The notes: generated by a model not told the origin, from the sequence alone. A stretch of 56,634 bases of DNA from an uncultured delta proteobacterium (GCA_963845515.1 CAWJSR010000038.1:1-56634); one strand, 5' to 3'. Shown: positions 18,710-29,859, counted from the first letter of the stretch. Made by a program: numbers and translations.

Positions 18710-19064
18710 CTCCCGTTCACTATCCGTGAGCCGATGGACCTCACCCCAGATGGCCTCACTCACGCCTTCCGTCTCCCCCAGCGAAGCGAAGCGTCCTGAT
18801 GCCCATGGCCTTCAGCGCCTCGTCGCGCGACCGGTCATAGCGACGGCCAGCGTCGTCGTAGTGTTGGCCACCATCGATCTCCACCGCGAGCTTGGGCTCC
18901 GCACAGTAGAAGTCGAGCGTGTACGGGCCCATCGAGTGCTGCCGCCGAAACTTCACGCCCAGGTGGCGGTTACGCACGACCCACCAGATGGCTCGCTCTG
19001 CGTCGGTCGAGTCCCGGCGAAGTTCGCGACGGAACTCACGGAGCGCTGGAGGCGTGTGGCTCAC
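18677..19064 (-). pseudogene. DUF559 (Vsr/YcjD-like) endonuclease, frameshifted near 18780, with its tail split by the IS4
   Basis: TDAERAIW...KFRRQH...LDFYC...AVEIDGGQH...DRSRD...IRTLRF. The other frame continues LGETEGVSEAIW...APSPDLSPAGA, then beyond the IS GEREVPSEVEH* (stop 16963-16965). Confidence 0.8.
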
Positions 19065-19093
19065 GGAGAGTGAGGATAGCCGACGGGTACGAC

Positions 19094-19135
19094 GCCCCCT
19101 CACCCAGCCTCTCCCCCGCGGGGGCGGGGGAGAGG
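19094..19135 (+). repeat. boxC/REP-like hairpin C upstream of DUF559, inverted relative to hairpin A
   Basis: GCCCCCTCACCCAG-CCTCTCCCCCGC-GGGG-GCGGGGGAGAGG. Confidence 0.8.
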
Positions 19136-19190
19136 TGCAGCCCCAAGGCGCGAAAATGCGGTGAATGGTCAGCTCGATGAGGGAGAGGGG
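19136..19190. mobile_element. Solo IS4-type end followed by another hairpin half
   Basis: GGTGAATGGTCAG ending at 19172, then CTCGATGAGGGAGAGGGG. Confidence 0.6.
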
Positions 19191-19300
19191 ACGGTCCCAA
19201 GGGGGAGCCTCGCGTCTCGACCGCCTGTCTCGCAGCTCACGCCCTGGCGTCCTCGCGCGGGCCGCCGCTCGCGTCCGTCCCCCTGCTAATCTCTCGCCCG

Positions 19301-22300
19301 ATGTCCTCGCACCCGCTCCTCCAGTCGCCCGCCGACCTGGTCGATCTCGTCGCCGCGCTCCCCGCCGCCGGGCCGCTGCCGGTGCGGACCGTGCTGGTCC
19401 CGACCGAGCGCCACGCCCATGCGCTGCGCCGCGCGCTGGTGGCGAGCGGCCGCGCGAGCGCGCTCGCCGGCACCCGCTTCGTGGGGCCCGCGACCCTGGC
19501 GATGGAGGTGCTCCACGCAGGAGGAAGCGACCTTCGCGCGGGCGAGGAGGGGCTTCGCCCCGCGCGCATCCTCGCGCTCCTCGAGGAGGAGACGCTTCCG
19601 TTCGAGTACTTCGACGCCGACCTGCTGCGGGGCACGCCGGGGTGGCCCGAGGCCTTCGCGTCGGCCATCCACGACCTCGAGGGGGCCGCGCTCGCGCCCG
19701 ACACCCTCCCGAGCGGAACGCCCCAGTGGCGTGACCTCGCCCTCCTCTGGCGCAGCGTCTCCGCGTCGGCCGGGCCGAGCGCGACGGCCGCCCGCAGCTA
19801 CCTGCGCGCCGCCGAGCTGCTCGCTGGCGGCCTGCGCCTGCCGACCGGTCCCGTCCTCGCGACGATCACCGGCCGCGAGACCGCCGCGCTCTCCCGCTTC
19901 CTCCGCGCTCTCCCCGGCGCGACGCTCGCCGTCTCCGTCGCGCGCCCCGTTCGCGAGCGCCACCTCGCCCGCGTCGAGGCGCTGTTCGGCAAGGCGGCCC
20001 GCGAGGCCCTCGCCGCGGGCGCCCCTCCCTCCGAAGTTCGCGACGGAGCGCGAGCTGCTGACCCGCTTCCTCTTCGCGCCGCCGGCGCTGCTCGCCGCGA
20101 CGGACCGCCCTCGCAGCCGCGGCCGGGACGGCACGGTGGAGGTCTCGGAGCACGCCGGCGTCGAGGAGGAGCTGGAGGCGGCCGCCGACTGGGTCGCCCG
20201 CGAGGTGCTGGAGCGTAAGACGCCGCTCGAGCGCGTGGCGATCCTCGTCCCGTCGCAGGGGGCGCTCGCTCCCGCTCGTCGCCGATCGGCTCTCCCGCCT
20301 CCCGTGGAAGGGCGGCGCGCTCCCCGTGTACGTCGCCGGCGGCGTCCCGCTCGTCTCGACGGGCGGCGGCGCCCGCGCCCTCGCGCTCCTGCGCGCGCTC
20401 GCCGCCTTCCTCCCCGCCGACGCGGTCGCCGCGCTCTTGCCGGCGCTCCGGGCAGAGCGCGGCGACCGGAAGCACCTCTCGACCGAGGAGGCGGCCACCC
20501 TCGCCTGGTCGCTCGGGACCGTGGGCGGCAACGCCGGCGAGCCGGCGAAGGCGCTCGAGTGGCCGGCGCGCGCCGCCGCGCGCGAGGCGACGCTCCAGGC
20601 GGAGTCGGAGGCCGAGGGGGCCGACTTCCACGGCGGGCACGACCTCGAGTGGCTCCGCGCCGCCCGCCCGGCGCTCGACGCCCTCGCGGCGCTCGCCCGG
20701 CTCGTCGTGGAGCACGCGCCGCTCGCCACCCTCGCGCCGGCGCTGGTCGCGTTCGTCGAGCGGTGGCTCCTCGCCCCGGCCGACGGCGCGCCGCTGCATG
20801 CCCTGCTGGACGAGGCGCTCGCGGGCGCAAGGGGCGACGCGGTCGGGAGCGTGCTCCGGGGCACGGCGGCGCTCGACCTCGTCGAGGAGGCGCTGCGCTC
20901 CATCCACCTCCCCGTCGCCCGCTTCGGCGAGCCGGCCGTCTTCGTCGGCCCGATCGCCGCCGCCGCGGGGCTCGACTTCGCCGCGGTGCGCGTCGTCGGC
21001 CTCGCGGAGGGCTCGCTGCCGTCGGCGGTCCGCGAGGATCCGGTCCTCCCCGACGCCATGCGGCTCGAGGCCCACCCGCTCCTCGTGCCGGTCTCCGCCG
21101 ACCGCGTCCTCTCGCAGCTCCACGCCTTCGACGCGGCGCTGCGCGCCAGCGACCGCTCCTTCGCCCTCTCCTTCCCGCGCAACGACCTCGAGCGGAGCGA
21201 GCGCGAGCCCTCGTCGCTGCTCGTCGAGGTCGGCGCGGCCCTGGGCCGTCCCGACCCGCTCCACGACGCCGCCATCCCCAGCCTCGCCTCGCTCGCGCAG
21301 GACCGCCTTCACCCCCGCGCGCGAGGAGGCAGCCCGGTTTCGCGCCGAGCGGCCGGTGGGCGAGGTCGCCTGGCAGGACCGGGCGGCTCGCGCGCGGCGA
21401 GGTCCCCTCCGCGTGGACGAAGGAGGCGGCGGTCGCGATCGCTCCGATCCTGGCGCTCCGGGCGGCGGGAGGCGCTGGGGCCCGACACCGGCCTGATCGG
21501 CGCGCGCGCGCCAGTCCCGCCGCTCCCGGGGCTCGAACCCGGCGCAGCGCGATCTCCGCCTCGGCGCTCGGCGAGCTGCTCTCCTGCCCGCTCGGCTTCT
21601 TCTTCCGGCGGGTCCTCCGCTGGAGCGAGCCGGCCGGCGCCCCCACCCTGCGTGAGCTCGACGCCCTCTCGTACGGCAGCCTCTTCCACGAGTCGATGGA
21701 GGCGTTCTACGAGGCGCACGGCGAGCCCTTCACCGCGAGGAAGCGCACGTTCGCGCACTGGCTCGGCGCCGCGAAGGCGCTCGCCGACGGACGGCTCGAC
21801 GCGCTCCTCGAGACGCGGCCGCTCGTCGGACGCGGCGTCGTCGAGAAGGAGCGCGGCCGGCTCCACCGCGACGTCGAGCGGTTCCTCGCCTACGACTGGA
21901 GCCCTCCCGCTCGAGCGCTACGTCGGCGTGGAGCTGCCCTTCGGCTACGACGCTCCGCTCGCGCTCGAAGCGGGCGACCGCCGCTCTGCGTCCACGGCTA
22001 CATCGACCGGATCGACGTCGAGCAGGGGCACGCCCTCCTGCGCGACCTCAAGACCGGCAAGGCGCACCTGCGCGAGGGGGACGAGGCGGCGCCGACGCCG
22101 GGCCGCGACGTGCAGCTCGGGCTCTACGGCCTGGTCGCGCGGAGGCTCTCGGCGAAGCTCGACGTCCCGAAGAGGCTTCAGGTGGCCTACGCCTACGCGC
22201 AGCACGGCGAGGAGCGCGCCTTCCGCGGCGACTACGCGCAGCTGGAGACGGCGACGAAGGGGTGGCTCGCCATCGCGGCCAGCCTGCTCGCCAGCCACGA

Positions 22301-22458
22301 GTTTCCGCCGACCCCGCTCGGCGACGACTGCACCTACTGCCGGCTTCCGCCCCGTCTGCGGCGAGGACGTCCCCGGGCGCTCGGCGGCGGCCGGCGCCGG
22401 CGGCGCGGCCGGCGAGTACCTGGCGCTGCGCGTCCCCGCCGAGGAGGAGGCCGAATGA
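19301..22458 (+). CDS. AddB/AdnA-like inactive-helicase + PD-(D/E)XK nuclease, with multiple apparent frameshifts
   Basis: Pieces across ORFs 19301, 19419 and 20326: SASALGELLSCPLGFF, GSLFH, GYIDRID...DLKTG, QLGLY, CTYC...PVC. Confidence 0.75.
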
Positions 22459-25400
22459 CGACGCGCCCCCCCGACCAGGCCGAGCGCGACGGCGCGATCG
22501 CCGCCCGCGACGTCAACGTGATCGTGGACGCCGGCGCCGGCACGGGGAAGACCACGCTCCTCGTCGATCGGCTCGTGGCGATGGTCGCGCCGCCCGACGA
22601 CCGCGACCCGATCCCGCTCTCCGAGATCGCCGCGATCACCTTCACCCGCAAGGCGGCCGGCGAGCTGAAGCTCCGCGTCCGGGAGAGGCTCCTCGCCGAG
22701 CTGGCGAGGGATCCGGCCTCGGGAGCGGCGGGAGCGGCTCGCCCGCGCGGTGTCGGACGCCGACACCGCCTTCATCGGGACGATCCACGGCTTCGCCGAT
22801 CGGCTCCTCCGGCGCCACCCCGTCGAGGCGCGCCTCAGCCCGTCCTACGAGGTGGTCGAGGAGGCCGACGCGCTCTGCGGTGAGGCCTTCGAGCTGCTCC
22901 TGCAGGCGGCGGAGGCCGGCCGGCTCGTCGAGGAGCTCGACGGCGCCGGCTGCACCGCCGAGCAGGCGGCCGAGGCGCAGGAGGCCCTGCGGCTCGCGAT
23001 CGCCGCCGAGCTCCGGACCGGGACGCGCGAGGGGGAGTGGCGGGACGAGGTCGGGCTCGACCGGCTCTTCGCCGGCTTCGTGCTCCACCGCGACACCCCT
23101 CCGGCCGACGCGAAGCCGGCCCGGTTCGAGCGGCTGAAGACGATCGACGCGCTGAAGGAGTTCATCGCGCTCGCGAAGGGCTCGCACCGGCGCCGGGCGC
23201 GGCTCCCGCTGGATGGCCGCCGCGGTGAAGCGGCTCGTCGCCCTGCTCGACGAGACCGATCCCGCCGCGCTCTTCCGCGAGCTGGCGCACCTCGTCGCCG
23301 GCGCGCCGAAGCTCCAGATGAAGCGGGACTTCCCGGACGACGCGTCCGGGCTGGAAGGCGTGGAAGGCGTGGACCGACCACAAGGAGGGCGACCCGCTCC
23401 GCGACCAGGCGCTGGCGCCGCTCACGCGCTGCGTCGCCACGCGGCTCGTCCGCGTCGCCCCGGCGGCGGTCGCGATGTACGAGAAGGTGAAGGCGCGTCA
23501 CCGGGCCGTCGACCAGGTGGACCTGCTGTTGAAGCTCCGGGACCTGCTGCGCGACCACCCGCCGGTCCGCGCCGGCCTGCAGCGCCTCTTCCGCCACGTC
23601 TTCGTCGACGAGTTCCAGGACACGGATCCGCTCCAGGCCGAGATCGTCCTCTACCTCTGCGAGGATGGCGCCGGCGCCGCCTCGTGGCGCGACGTGAAGC
23701 TCGCCCCCGGCCGGCTCACCGTCGTCGGCGACCCGAAGCAGTCGATCTACCGCTTCCGCCGCGCCGACATCGCCGTCTACGAGGCGGTCCGGTCGATCGT
23801 CCTCGCAGGGGGCGGCCGCGCCTTCTCGCTGACCGCCAACTTCCGCTCCGAGCCGGCGCTCATCGAGCACCTGAACGCGCGCCACGACGCGCTGCTCGGG
23901 ACGGTCGCCGCGGGCGGCGCCCCGTTCGACGCGGAGCACGGCACCGTCGCCAACGTGCCGCTCGCCGCCGGGCGCGCGCGCTCCCGCGACGAGGCGGTGA
24001 TCGTCATCCCGATCGGGAGCGCGACCGGCAAGGCGGACGACGAGCGCGCCGTCGAGGCGCGGGCGCTCGCGAGCTGGATCCGCGCGACCGTCGACGGCGC
24101 CGAGACCCGCGTCGTCGATCCCTCGACGCGAGCGGTGCGCCCCGCCGGCTTCGGCGACGTCGCGGTGCTCGCGCACTCCACCGCGCACGTCGGCCTGCTG
24201 ATCGCGCAGCTCGACCGGCTCGGCGTGCCGTGGTCGGCGCGCGGCGGCACCCTCTTCCTCGACGACGCCCTCCACCGCCAGTTCCTGCTGGCCCTGCGCG
24301 CCGTGGCCGACCGCGACGACGGCGTCGCCCAGGCGGCCCTCTTCCGCGCCCCCTTCTTCGCCGTCGATCTCGCCGACCTGGCCCGCGAGCGCGCGTCCGC
24401 CGACGACGACCGCGACCCCGCCGTCGCGCGGGTCCGCGCGGCCAAGGAGATCGTGGCCGGGCTGCGCAGGGAGCGGCTCGCCCGCCCGCCCGGCCAGACG
24501 GCGCGCGACCTGCTCGACCGGACCGGCCTCGCCCGCGCGGTCGCCTTCGGCCCGAACGGCGCCCAGCGGCTGGAGCGGCTGCGCGAGCTCTGCCTCGAGG
24601 TGGAGCGGATCGCCGGCGCCGAGGGGCTCGACTACGACGGCGTCACGGCGCGGCTGCGCGAGTGGGCGCTGGAGCCGGTGACGATCGATCCGCCGCGGCC
24701 CGTGGGCGGCGACGCGGTCCAGATCATGACGATCCACCAGGCCAAGGGGCTCGAGTTCCCGATCGTCGCCTGGTGGGACGGCCACGCGAAGCTGGCGCCG
24801 CGCGACCGGCAGGGCGCCTGGTTCGTCGCCCGCGACGGCGCGGCCTGGGCGATGGCGCTGGACGGGCTCTCATGGGCGGAGCCGGCCGGCGGCGACCTGC
24901 TGGACCGCGAGCTGGCGTACCTCGGCGCCGAGCGGCTGCGGCTCGTCTACGTCGCGGCGACGCGCGCGCGGGACCTGCTCGTCCTGCCGCGCTCCGGCGG
25001 CCTGCGCCAGGCGGGCATCACGCCTGCGCTCATCGGACCGCCCGACGCGCCGGCGGTCGTGACGCTCGAGCCCTTCACCGACGTCGGCGCGCCGAACTGG
25101 GCAAGGAGGGCCGTTCCGCTCCCCCCGCGCGCGCCGAAGACCGCGAAGGCGAGGTCAGAGGAGGTTGCCCGCGAGTGGGCCGATGCGTCCGCAGAGGCGG
25201 GGCGCCCCCGCTTCGTACCCAAGGGCGTGTCGACGGAGGCCCACCGCGTCGCCGACGAGGAGCGGGAGGGGGACGCCGGCGAGTGGTGGAAGTCGCGGAA
25301 GGGGCGGTTCGGGAGCGTCTTCGGCGAGACGGTCCACACGGCCATCGGCCTCGCGCTCGGCGATCCCATGCTCGATCCGGCGTCGGCGGTCGCGAAGGCG

Positions 25401-25778
25401 GCCCAGGCGACTGGGCTGGGCGAGCACCGGTCCGAGGCGGCGCAGGACGTCGAGCGGGCGCTCGCGGCGCTGGCGAAGGAGGGGCTGCGCGAGCTCCCCG
25501 GCGACGCGCTGCGGCTCGAGTACCCGGTGGCGCAGGGACGCGACGGCCTCCTGCTCGTCGGCTACATCGACCTCCTCGCCGCGCGAGCAGGCGGCCTGCA
25601 GCTCATCGACTTCAAGACCGACGCCCCGCCGGCGGCGGACGTGACGAAGAGCCACCCCGACTACGTCGAGCAGGTCCGCAGCTACGCCCGGATCCTCGTC
25701 GAGCTGGGGCTGGCGCGCGAGGGGGCGGTGCGGTGCGGGCTGCTCTTCACGGCGGATGGCGGCTTGAGGTGGGTGTAG
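22455..25778 (+). CDS. AddA/UvrD-like SF1 helicase-nuclease, with frameshifts in the 5' third
   Basis: DAGAGTGKTT, ITFTRKAAGEL, TIHGFA, VDEFQDTD, VGDPKQSIYRFR, TIHQAKGLEF, YVAATRAR, GYIDLL...DFKT. Confidence 0.85.
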
Positions 25779-25898
25779 CTGGAAGCGGGCATCGCGCTCC
25801 CGGGGGCTGCATTCGCAATTCGCCGTGAGGTAGCATCCCGAGGGGACGTGGCATGGATCCATGTCGGGCGAAGCCGCCCCGGTCCCGGGGAGCGCCGT

Positions 25899-27965
25899 AT
25901 GTCGGAGCAGACGACGCGCATCGCGGCCGGACGCACCCTGGCAGCGCTCTTCGCGGTGGCCTCCCTGCCGTTCCTGTTGGTGATGCTGTTTCCGGCTCAG
26001 CTCCTTGGCCTGATGGACGTCAGCTCGTATCTGGTCTTCCACAACGTCACCGAGTTCTTCAGCATCGTGGTCTCCTTGTCGCTCTTCGGCGTGGGCTGGT
26101 ACGCCTACGACCAGTCCAGGGATCGGCACGCCCTCTTCCTCGGCTCGGCGTTCCTCGCCACGGGGCTCATCGACTTCATGCACACGCTCGGCAATGCGGC
26201 CATGCCGGCGTTCCTCACGGCCAACTCCACCAACAAGTCGACCCAGTTCTGGATCGCGGCGAGGCTCCTGAACGCGGCGGCGCTGCTCCTGAGCGCCTTC
26301 ATCCGTCCGGACCAGCCGCGCCGCTGGCTGACGAAGCGGTCGCTGCTGTCCGCCGCCCTCCTCGCCACCGGGCTGGTGTTCACCGGCGTCACGTTCTTCC
26401 CCACGCACCTGCCCGCAACCTTCGTGGTGGGGGTGGGGCTCACGCCCTTCAAGGTCTTCTCCGAATACCTGGTGATCGCCTGCTTGCTCCTGGCGCTGGT
26501 CGCCTATTGGCGGCGCATGCACGAGACCGGCGACAGGCTGTTCCTCAATTACACGGCGGCCTTCGTCCTCGCCGCCTTCGGCGAGGCCGCCTTTGCGTCC
26601 TACCGGACCGGCTTCGACACGTTCAACGTCCTTGGCCACGTCTACAAGGTCGGGGCCTTCTATCTCATCTACCAGGGGGCCTTCGCGGCCTGGGTGAGGA
26701 AGCCGTACCTGCAGCTCTCCGTCTCCAACGAGAAGCTGCGGCTGGAGGTGGCGGAACGCGAGCAGGCCGAGGAGAAGGTTCGAGCCCTCAATGCCGACCT
26801 GGAGCAGCGGGTCTCGGATCGCACCTCCCGGCTGGCGGCCTCCAACCTGGAGCTGGAGGCGAGCCGTGAGTCGATCCGGAGCGCGGGCCGCCGCAAGGAC
26901 GAGTTCCTCGGGATGCTGTCGCACGAGCTGCGCAACCCGCTCGCGCCGATGCGATACGCGGTCTACATCATGGAGCGAACGGGCGCGGCGACGGCGCAGG
27001 CGGCGCGGCCCCTCGCGATCATCAAGCGGCAGGTCGACCACCTGGCGCGCCTGGTCGACGATCTCCTCGACGTGACGAGGATCGCGCACGGAAAGATCGA
27101 GCTTCGCCGGGCTCGCGTCGACATCCGCGAGGTCGCGCTTCGCGCCGCCGAGGACTTCCGCCTGCTGACGGAGGAGCGCGGGATCCGGTTCCAGGTGGTG
27201 CTCCCGGAGTCGCCGGTCCACTCCGTCGCCGACGCGACGCGGATCGCGCAGGTCCTCGGCAACCTGCTGCACAACGCCGCGAAGTTCACGAGCGCCGGTG
27301 ACGACGTGACGCTCTCGCTCTGCGCCACCGGCGTGGAGGCGGAGCTTCGCGTGCGCGACTCCGGCGCCGGGATCGACCCGGCGCTCCTGCCCCACGTCTT
27401 CGAGCCGTTCGTCCAGGGTGAACGCACGCTGGCTCGCTCCAACGGTGGGCTCGGCCTGGGGCTGGCGCTGGTGAAGGAAATCATCGAGCTGCACGGGGGA
27501 GGCGTGCGCGCGGAGAGCGGCGGCATCGGCAAGGGAGCGGAGTTCCTCATTCGCCTTCCGCTGGTGCGCGCGGCCTCGACGGAGGTGCAGCTGCCGGCGA
27601 ACGTTCAGCGCACCCCCAGGGTTCGCCGCGTTCTCATCGTCGACGACAACGCCGATGCGGCGGATTCGCTCGCGGAGGTCGTGCGGATGTTCGGCCACAC
27701 CGTCGAGGTCGCATACGACGGCCCAGGCGCCCTCGCACGGGCGCGCGCCAACCCGCCCGAGATCGTGCTCTGCGACGTTGGGCTGCCGGGGATGAACGGG
27801 TACGAGGTCGCCCGGGCGCTCCGCGCATCCGTCGACGCGCCCAGGGTCTTCGCCGTCAGCGGCTACGCGCAACCCGCCGACGTCCTCAAGGCGATCGAGG
27901 CCGGGTTCGATGGGCACGTCGCGAAGCCGTGCGATCCAGCCGAGATCGAGCGGGTGCTGGCATAG
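25899..27965 (+). CDS. Hybrid histidine kinase (MASE3 + HisKA + HATPase + REC)
   Basis: Multi-TM N-terminus (FHNVTEFFS, DFMHTL); SHELRNPL; NAAKFT; GLGLGL; receiver CDVGLPGMNG. Confidence 0.9.
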   Translation: MSEQTTRIAAGRTLAALFAVASLPFLLVMLFPAQLLGLMDVSSYLVFHNVTEFFSIVVSLSLFGVGWYAYDQSRDRHALFLGSAFLATGLIDFMHTLGNAAMPAFLTANSTNKSTQFWIAARLLNAAALLLSAFIRPDQPRRWLTKRSLLSAALLATGLVFTGVTFFPTHLPATFVVGVGLTPFKVFSEYLVIACLLLALVAYWRRMHETGDRLFLNYTAAFVLAAFGEAAFASYRTGFDTFNVLGHVYKVGAFYLIYQGAFAAWVRKPYLQLSVSNEKLRLEVAEREQAEEKVRALNADLEQRVSDRTSRLAASNLELEASRESIRSAGRRKDEFLGMLSHELRNPLAPMRYAVYIMERTGAATAQAARPLAIIKRQVDHLARLVDDLLDVTRIAHGKIELRRARVDIREVALRAAEDFRLLTEERGIRFQVVLPESPVHSVADATRIAQVLGNLLHNAAKFTSAGDDVTLSLCATGVEAELRVRDSGAGIDPALLPHVFEPFVQGERTLARSNGGLGLGLALVKEIIELHGGGVRAESGGIGKGAEFLIRLPLVRAASTEVQLPANVQRTPRVRRVLIVDDNADAADSLAEVVRMFGHTVEVAYDGPGALARARANPPEIVLCDVGLPGMNGYEVARALRASVDAPRVFAVSGYAQPADVLKAIEAGFDGHVAKPCDPAEIERVLA

Positions 27966-28007
27966 CCGGTTGGACACGGGTCGTTGCGCGACGCCGCTGC
28001 CACGCGA

Positions 28008-28403
28008 TCACGAGCCGCGGCCCTGCGGCCCGAGCTTCGGAAGCGACAGCTCGGGCCGAGCGCGTCCGGGCTCCCAGTCGCGCGCGGCCTCGATCCAGCG
28101 CGCGACGTCGGAGCGGAAGGGCTCGAGCGTCACCAGCTCCGTCCGCCCAGCCGCGTCGACGCGGCCGAGCCCCCGCGTGAGCAGCTTCACCATCCCTGCC
28201 GGCCGTCCCTGGACGAGCCCCTTGTGAAACCCTGCCGCGATCTGGATGAGGCCGTGCAGGAGCTCCCGGACCTCCCCCTGCTCGGTGCGCCAGGCGTCCT
28301 CCCACGCCTCGTGAGCGTCGAAGAAGCGCTCGGCGTCGAAGCGCCGGATTCCCTCTGCGAGCGCGCGAAGCGTCGCCGCTGAGATCGGGTGCTCGTTCGC
28401 CAT
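28008..28403 (-). CDS. DUF309-family protein
   Basis: FFDAHEAWEDAW...GLIQIAAGFH. Confidence 0.85.
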   Translation of the reverse strand: MANEHPISAATLRALAEGIRRFDAERFFDAHEAWEDAWRTEQGEVRELLHGLIQIAAGFHKGLVQGRPAGMVKLLTRGLGRVDAAGRTELVTLEPFRSDVARWIEAARDWEPGRARPELSLPKLGPQGRGS

Positions 28404-28537
28404 CACGGCAGGGACTTCACCCAGTTGATGAGCGGCACGGCGTGTTGCCCCCAGATCACATAACCCCGTCGGGGAGAAGATCCCCGCCTCCGTGCGGGGC
28501 CGTGGCGCCCGCCCATGCGAGCCGTTACGGAACGGGC

Positions 28538-28801
28538 ATGGGATCCGCGGGACTGCACTCCGCCGCGGCAGAAGCCGAGGAGATCCGGGGCGAGCTCCGA
28601 TCGCGGGGCTGGTACCTGCGCTACACCGAGTGGCCGCTCGGCCATGAGGTGGTGCTGCACCGGCGCAGCGACACCTCCCAGAGTCTGGTGACCGACTGGC
28701 ATTCGAGCGAGCTGGAGGCCTGGCGTGCAGCGAGGGCGCTGGCGCATGAGTGGGAGCAGCGCGCTGATGCCGAGCCATCGGCCCTCGGCTCCATCTCGTG
28801 A
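28538..28801 (+). CDS. Small hypothetical protein
   Basis: Coding-like 87-aa ORF between DUF309 and vapB. Confidence 0.45.
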   Translation: MGSAGLHSAAAEAEEIRGELRSRGWYLRYTEWPLGHEVVLHRRSDTSQSLVTDWHSSELEAWRAARALAHEWEQRADAEPSALGSIS

Positions 28802-28888
28802 CGGGTCGCTTCGGGCCCTTACCCAGCAGGACCAGCCGATCCCGCCAGCGCTCGTAGACGCCGAACGTGACCCGCTCAGGGTTGCACC

Positions 28889-28909
28889 TGCATGCACATG
28901 CATGTATGC
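28889..28909. promoter_or_regulatory. Candidate VapB (RHH) operator
   Basis: TGCATGCACATGCATGTATGC overlapping palindromes just upstream of the vapB ATG. Confidence 0.5.
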
Positions 28910-28916
28910 CTCGACC

Positions 28917-29156
28917 ATGCGTACGACCGTCGAGATCACCGACGCGCAGCGGGCCGAGCTGCTCAAGATCGCCGCACAGCGCCACGAGAAGGGCTTCTCC
29001 GCCGTCATCCGCGAGGCGCTCGACCTCTACCTCCGCCAGCACCGCGCGCGGCGGGAGAAGGTCGAGAAGGCCCTCGCGCTGCGCGGCAGCTTCACCGATG
29101 ACGAGGGCGACGCGCTGGAGCGCTCCGTGACCCAGCTCAGGGGGAAGTGGCGATGA
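28917..29156 (+). CDS. vapB: VapB-type RHH antitoxin
   Basis: MRTTVEITD...SAVIREALDLYL; overlaps the PIN gene start. Confidence 0.8.
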   Translation: MRTTVEITDAQRAELLKIAAQRHEKGFSAVIREALDLYLRQHRARREKVEKALALRGSFTDDEGDALERSVTQLRGKWR

Positions 29157-29545
29157 TGATCGCCGACTCCGACGTCCTCATCGACTACCTCCGCGGTCAC
29201 GGCGCGTGGGCGGACCGGATCGCGCTCGAGCTCGAGTCGCGATCCTTCGCCACCACCGCCATCACCGCCTTCGAGCTTCGCTCCGGCGCCAGGACGCCGC
29301 GCCAGGCCCGGGACGTCGAGACCCTGCTCGAAGCGATGACCATCCTCCCCTTCGGCCCCGAGGAGGCCGCGGCTGCCGCGGAGGCCCGCCTCAAGGTCGA
29401 GGCGAAGGGTCAGCCGATCGGCATGGCCGACTACATGATCGCGGGCACCTGCATCGCCGCGAGCGGCGTCCTCCTCACGCGCAATCGCAAGCACTTCGAG
29501 CGGGTGCCCGGCCTCAAGCTCAGCGGTCGGTGGCGCGAGGAGTAG
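29153..29545 (+). CDS. vapC: VapC PIN-domain toxin
   Basis: IADSDVLID...AFEL...ADYMIAG...LTRNRKHFERVPGL. Confidence 0.92.
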   Translation: MMIADSDVLIDYLRGHGAWADRIALELESRSFATTAITAFELRSGARTPRQARDVETLLEAMTILPFGPEEAAAAAEARLKVEAKGQPIGMADYMIAGTCIAASGVLLTRNRKHFERVPGLKLSGRWREE

Positions 29546-29548
29546 CCC

Positions 29549-29765
29549 GTGGCCACCCCCTTCACCCTCTCCCTCACCCCTGCCGGCCACGTCCTTCCGC
29601 GTCCAGCCGCTCCGGACGAGCCGGGGCCGGAGACCGCCGCCGCGCGGCGGATCCACGACGCCTTCGAGCGCGGCTACGGGGCGGGGCTTCTCCACCTCGG
29701 CGCCACCGAGGCACGGACCGCGCTCCCGCCGGTCTTCGCCTACTGGCGCGACCTCGGGCGCGCCG
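29549..29765 (+). pseudogene. N-terminal fragment of a SNF2-family helicase
   Basis: LTPAGH...AFERGYGAGLLHLGATE...LPPVFAYWRDLG, then homology stops. Confidence 0.55.
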
Positions 29766-29859
29766 CTTGCCCCGAAGGTGGTCGCCGCGCTGGTCGCTTT
29801 CACATCGCCGCTGGGCATCATTGCAGATAGCCGAGGCTGTGACTTACGATTAGCCGCCC

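Noticed and set aside
18572..19135. Hairpins as simple Rho-independent terminators
   Set aside because: No U-tract; they have a conserved CCCCCTCACC leader and sit upstream of genes or inside a coding tail
21540..22458. Cas4 / CRISPR adaptation gene
   Set aside because: It is the C-terminal nuclease of an AddB-like protein; no cas1/cas2 or array in the window
19286..24785. Long Arg/Ala/Pro-rich ORFs overlapping the AddAB-like pair
   Set aside because: Off-frame or antisense shadows with no motifs
25155..27977. 940-aa minus-strand ORF
   Set aside because: Antisense to the histidine kinase
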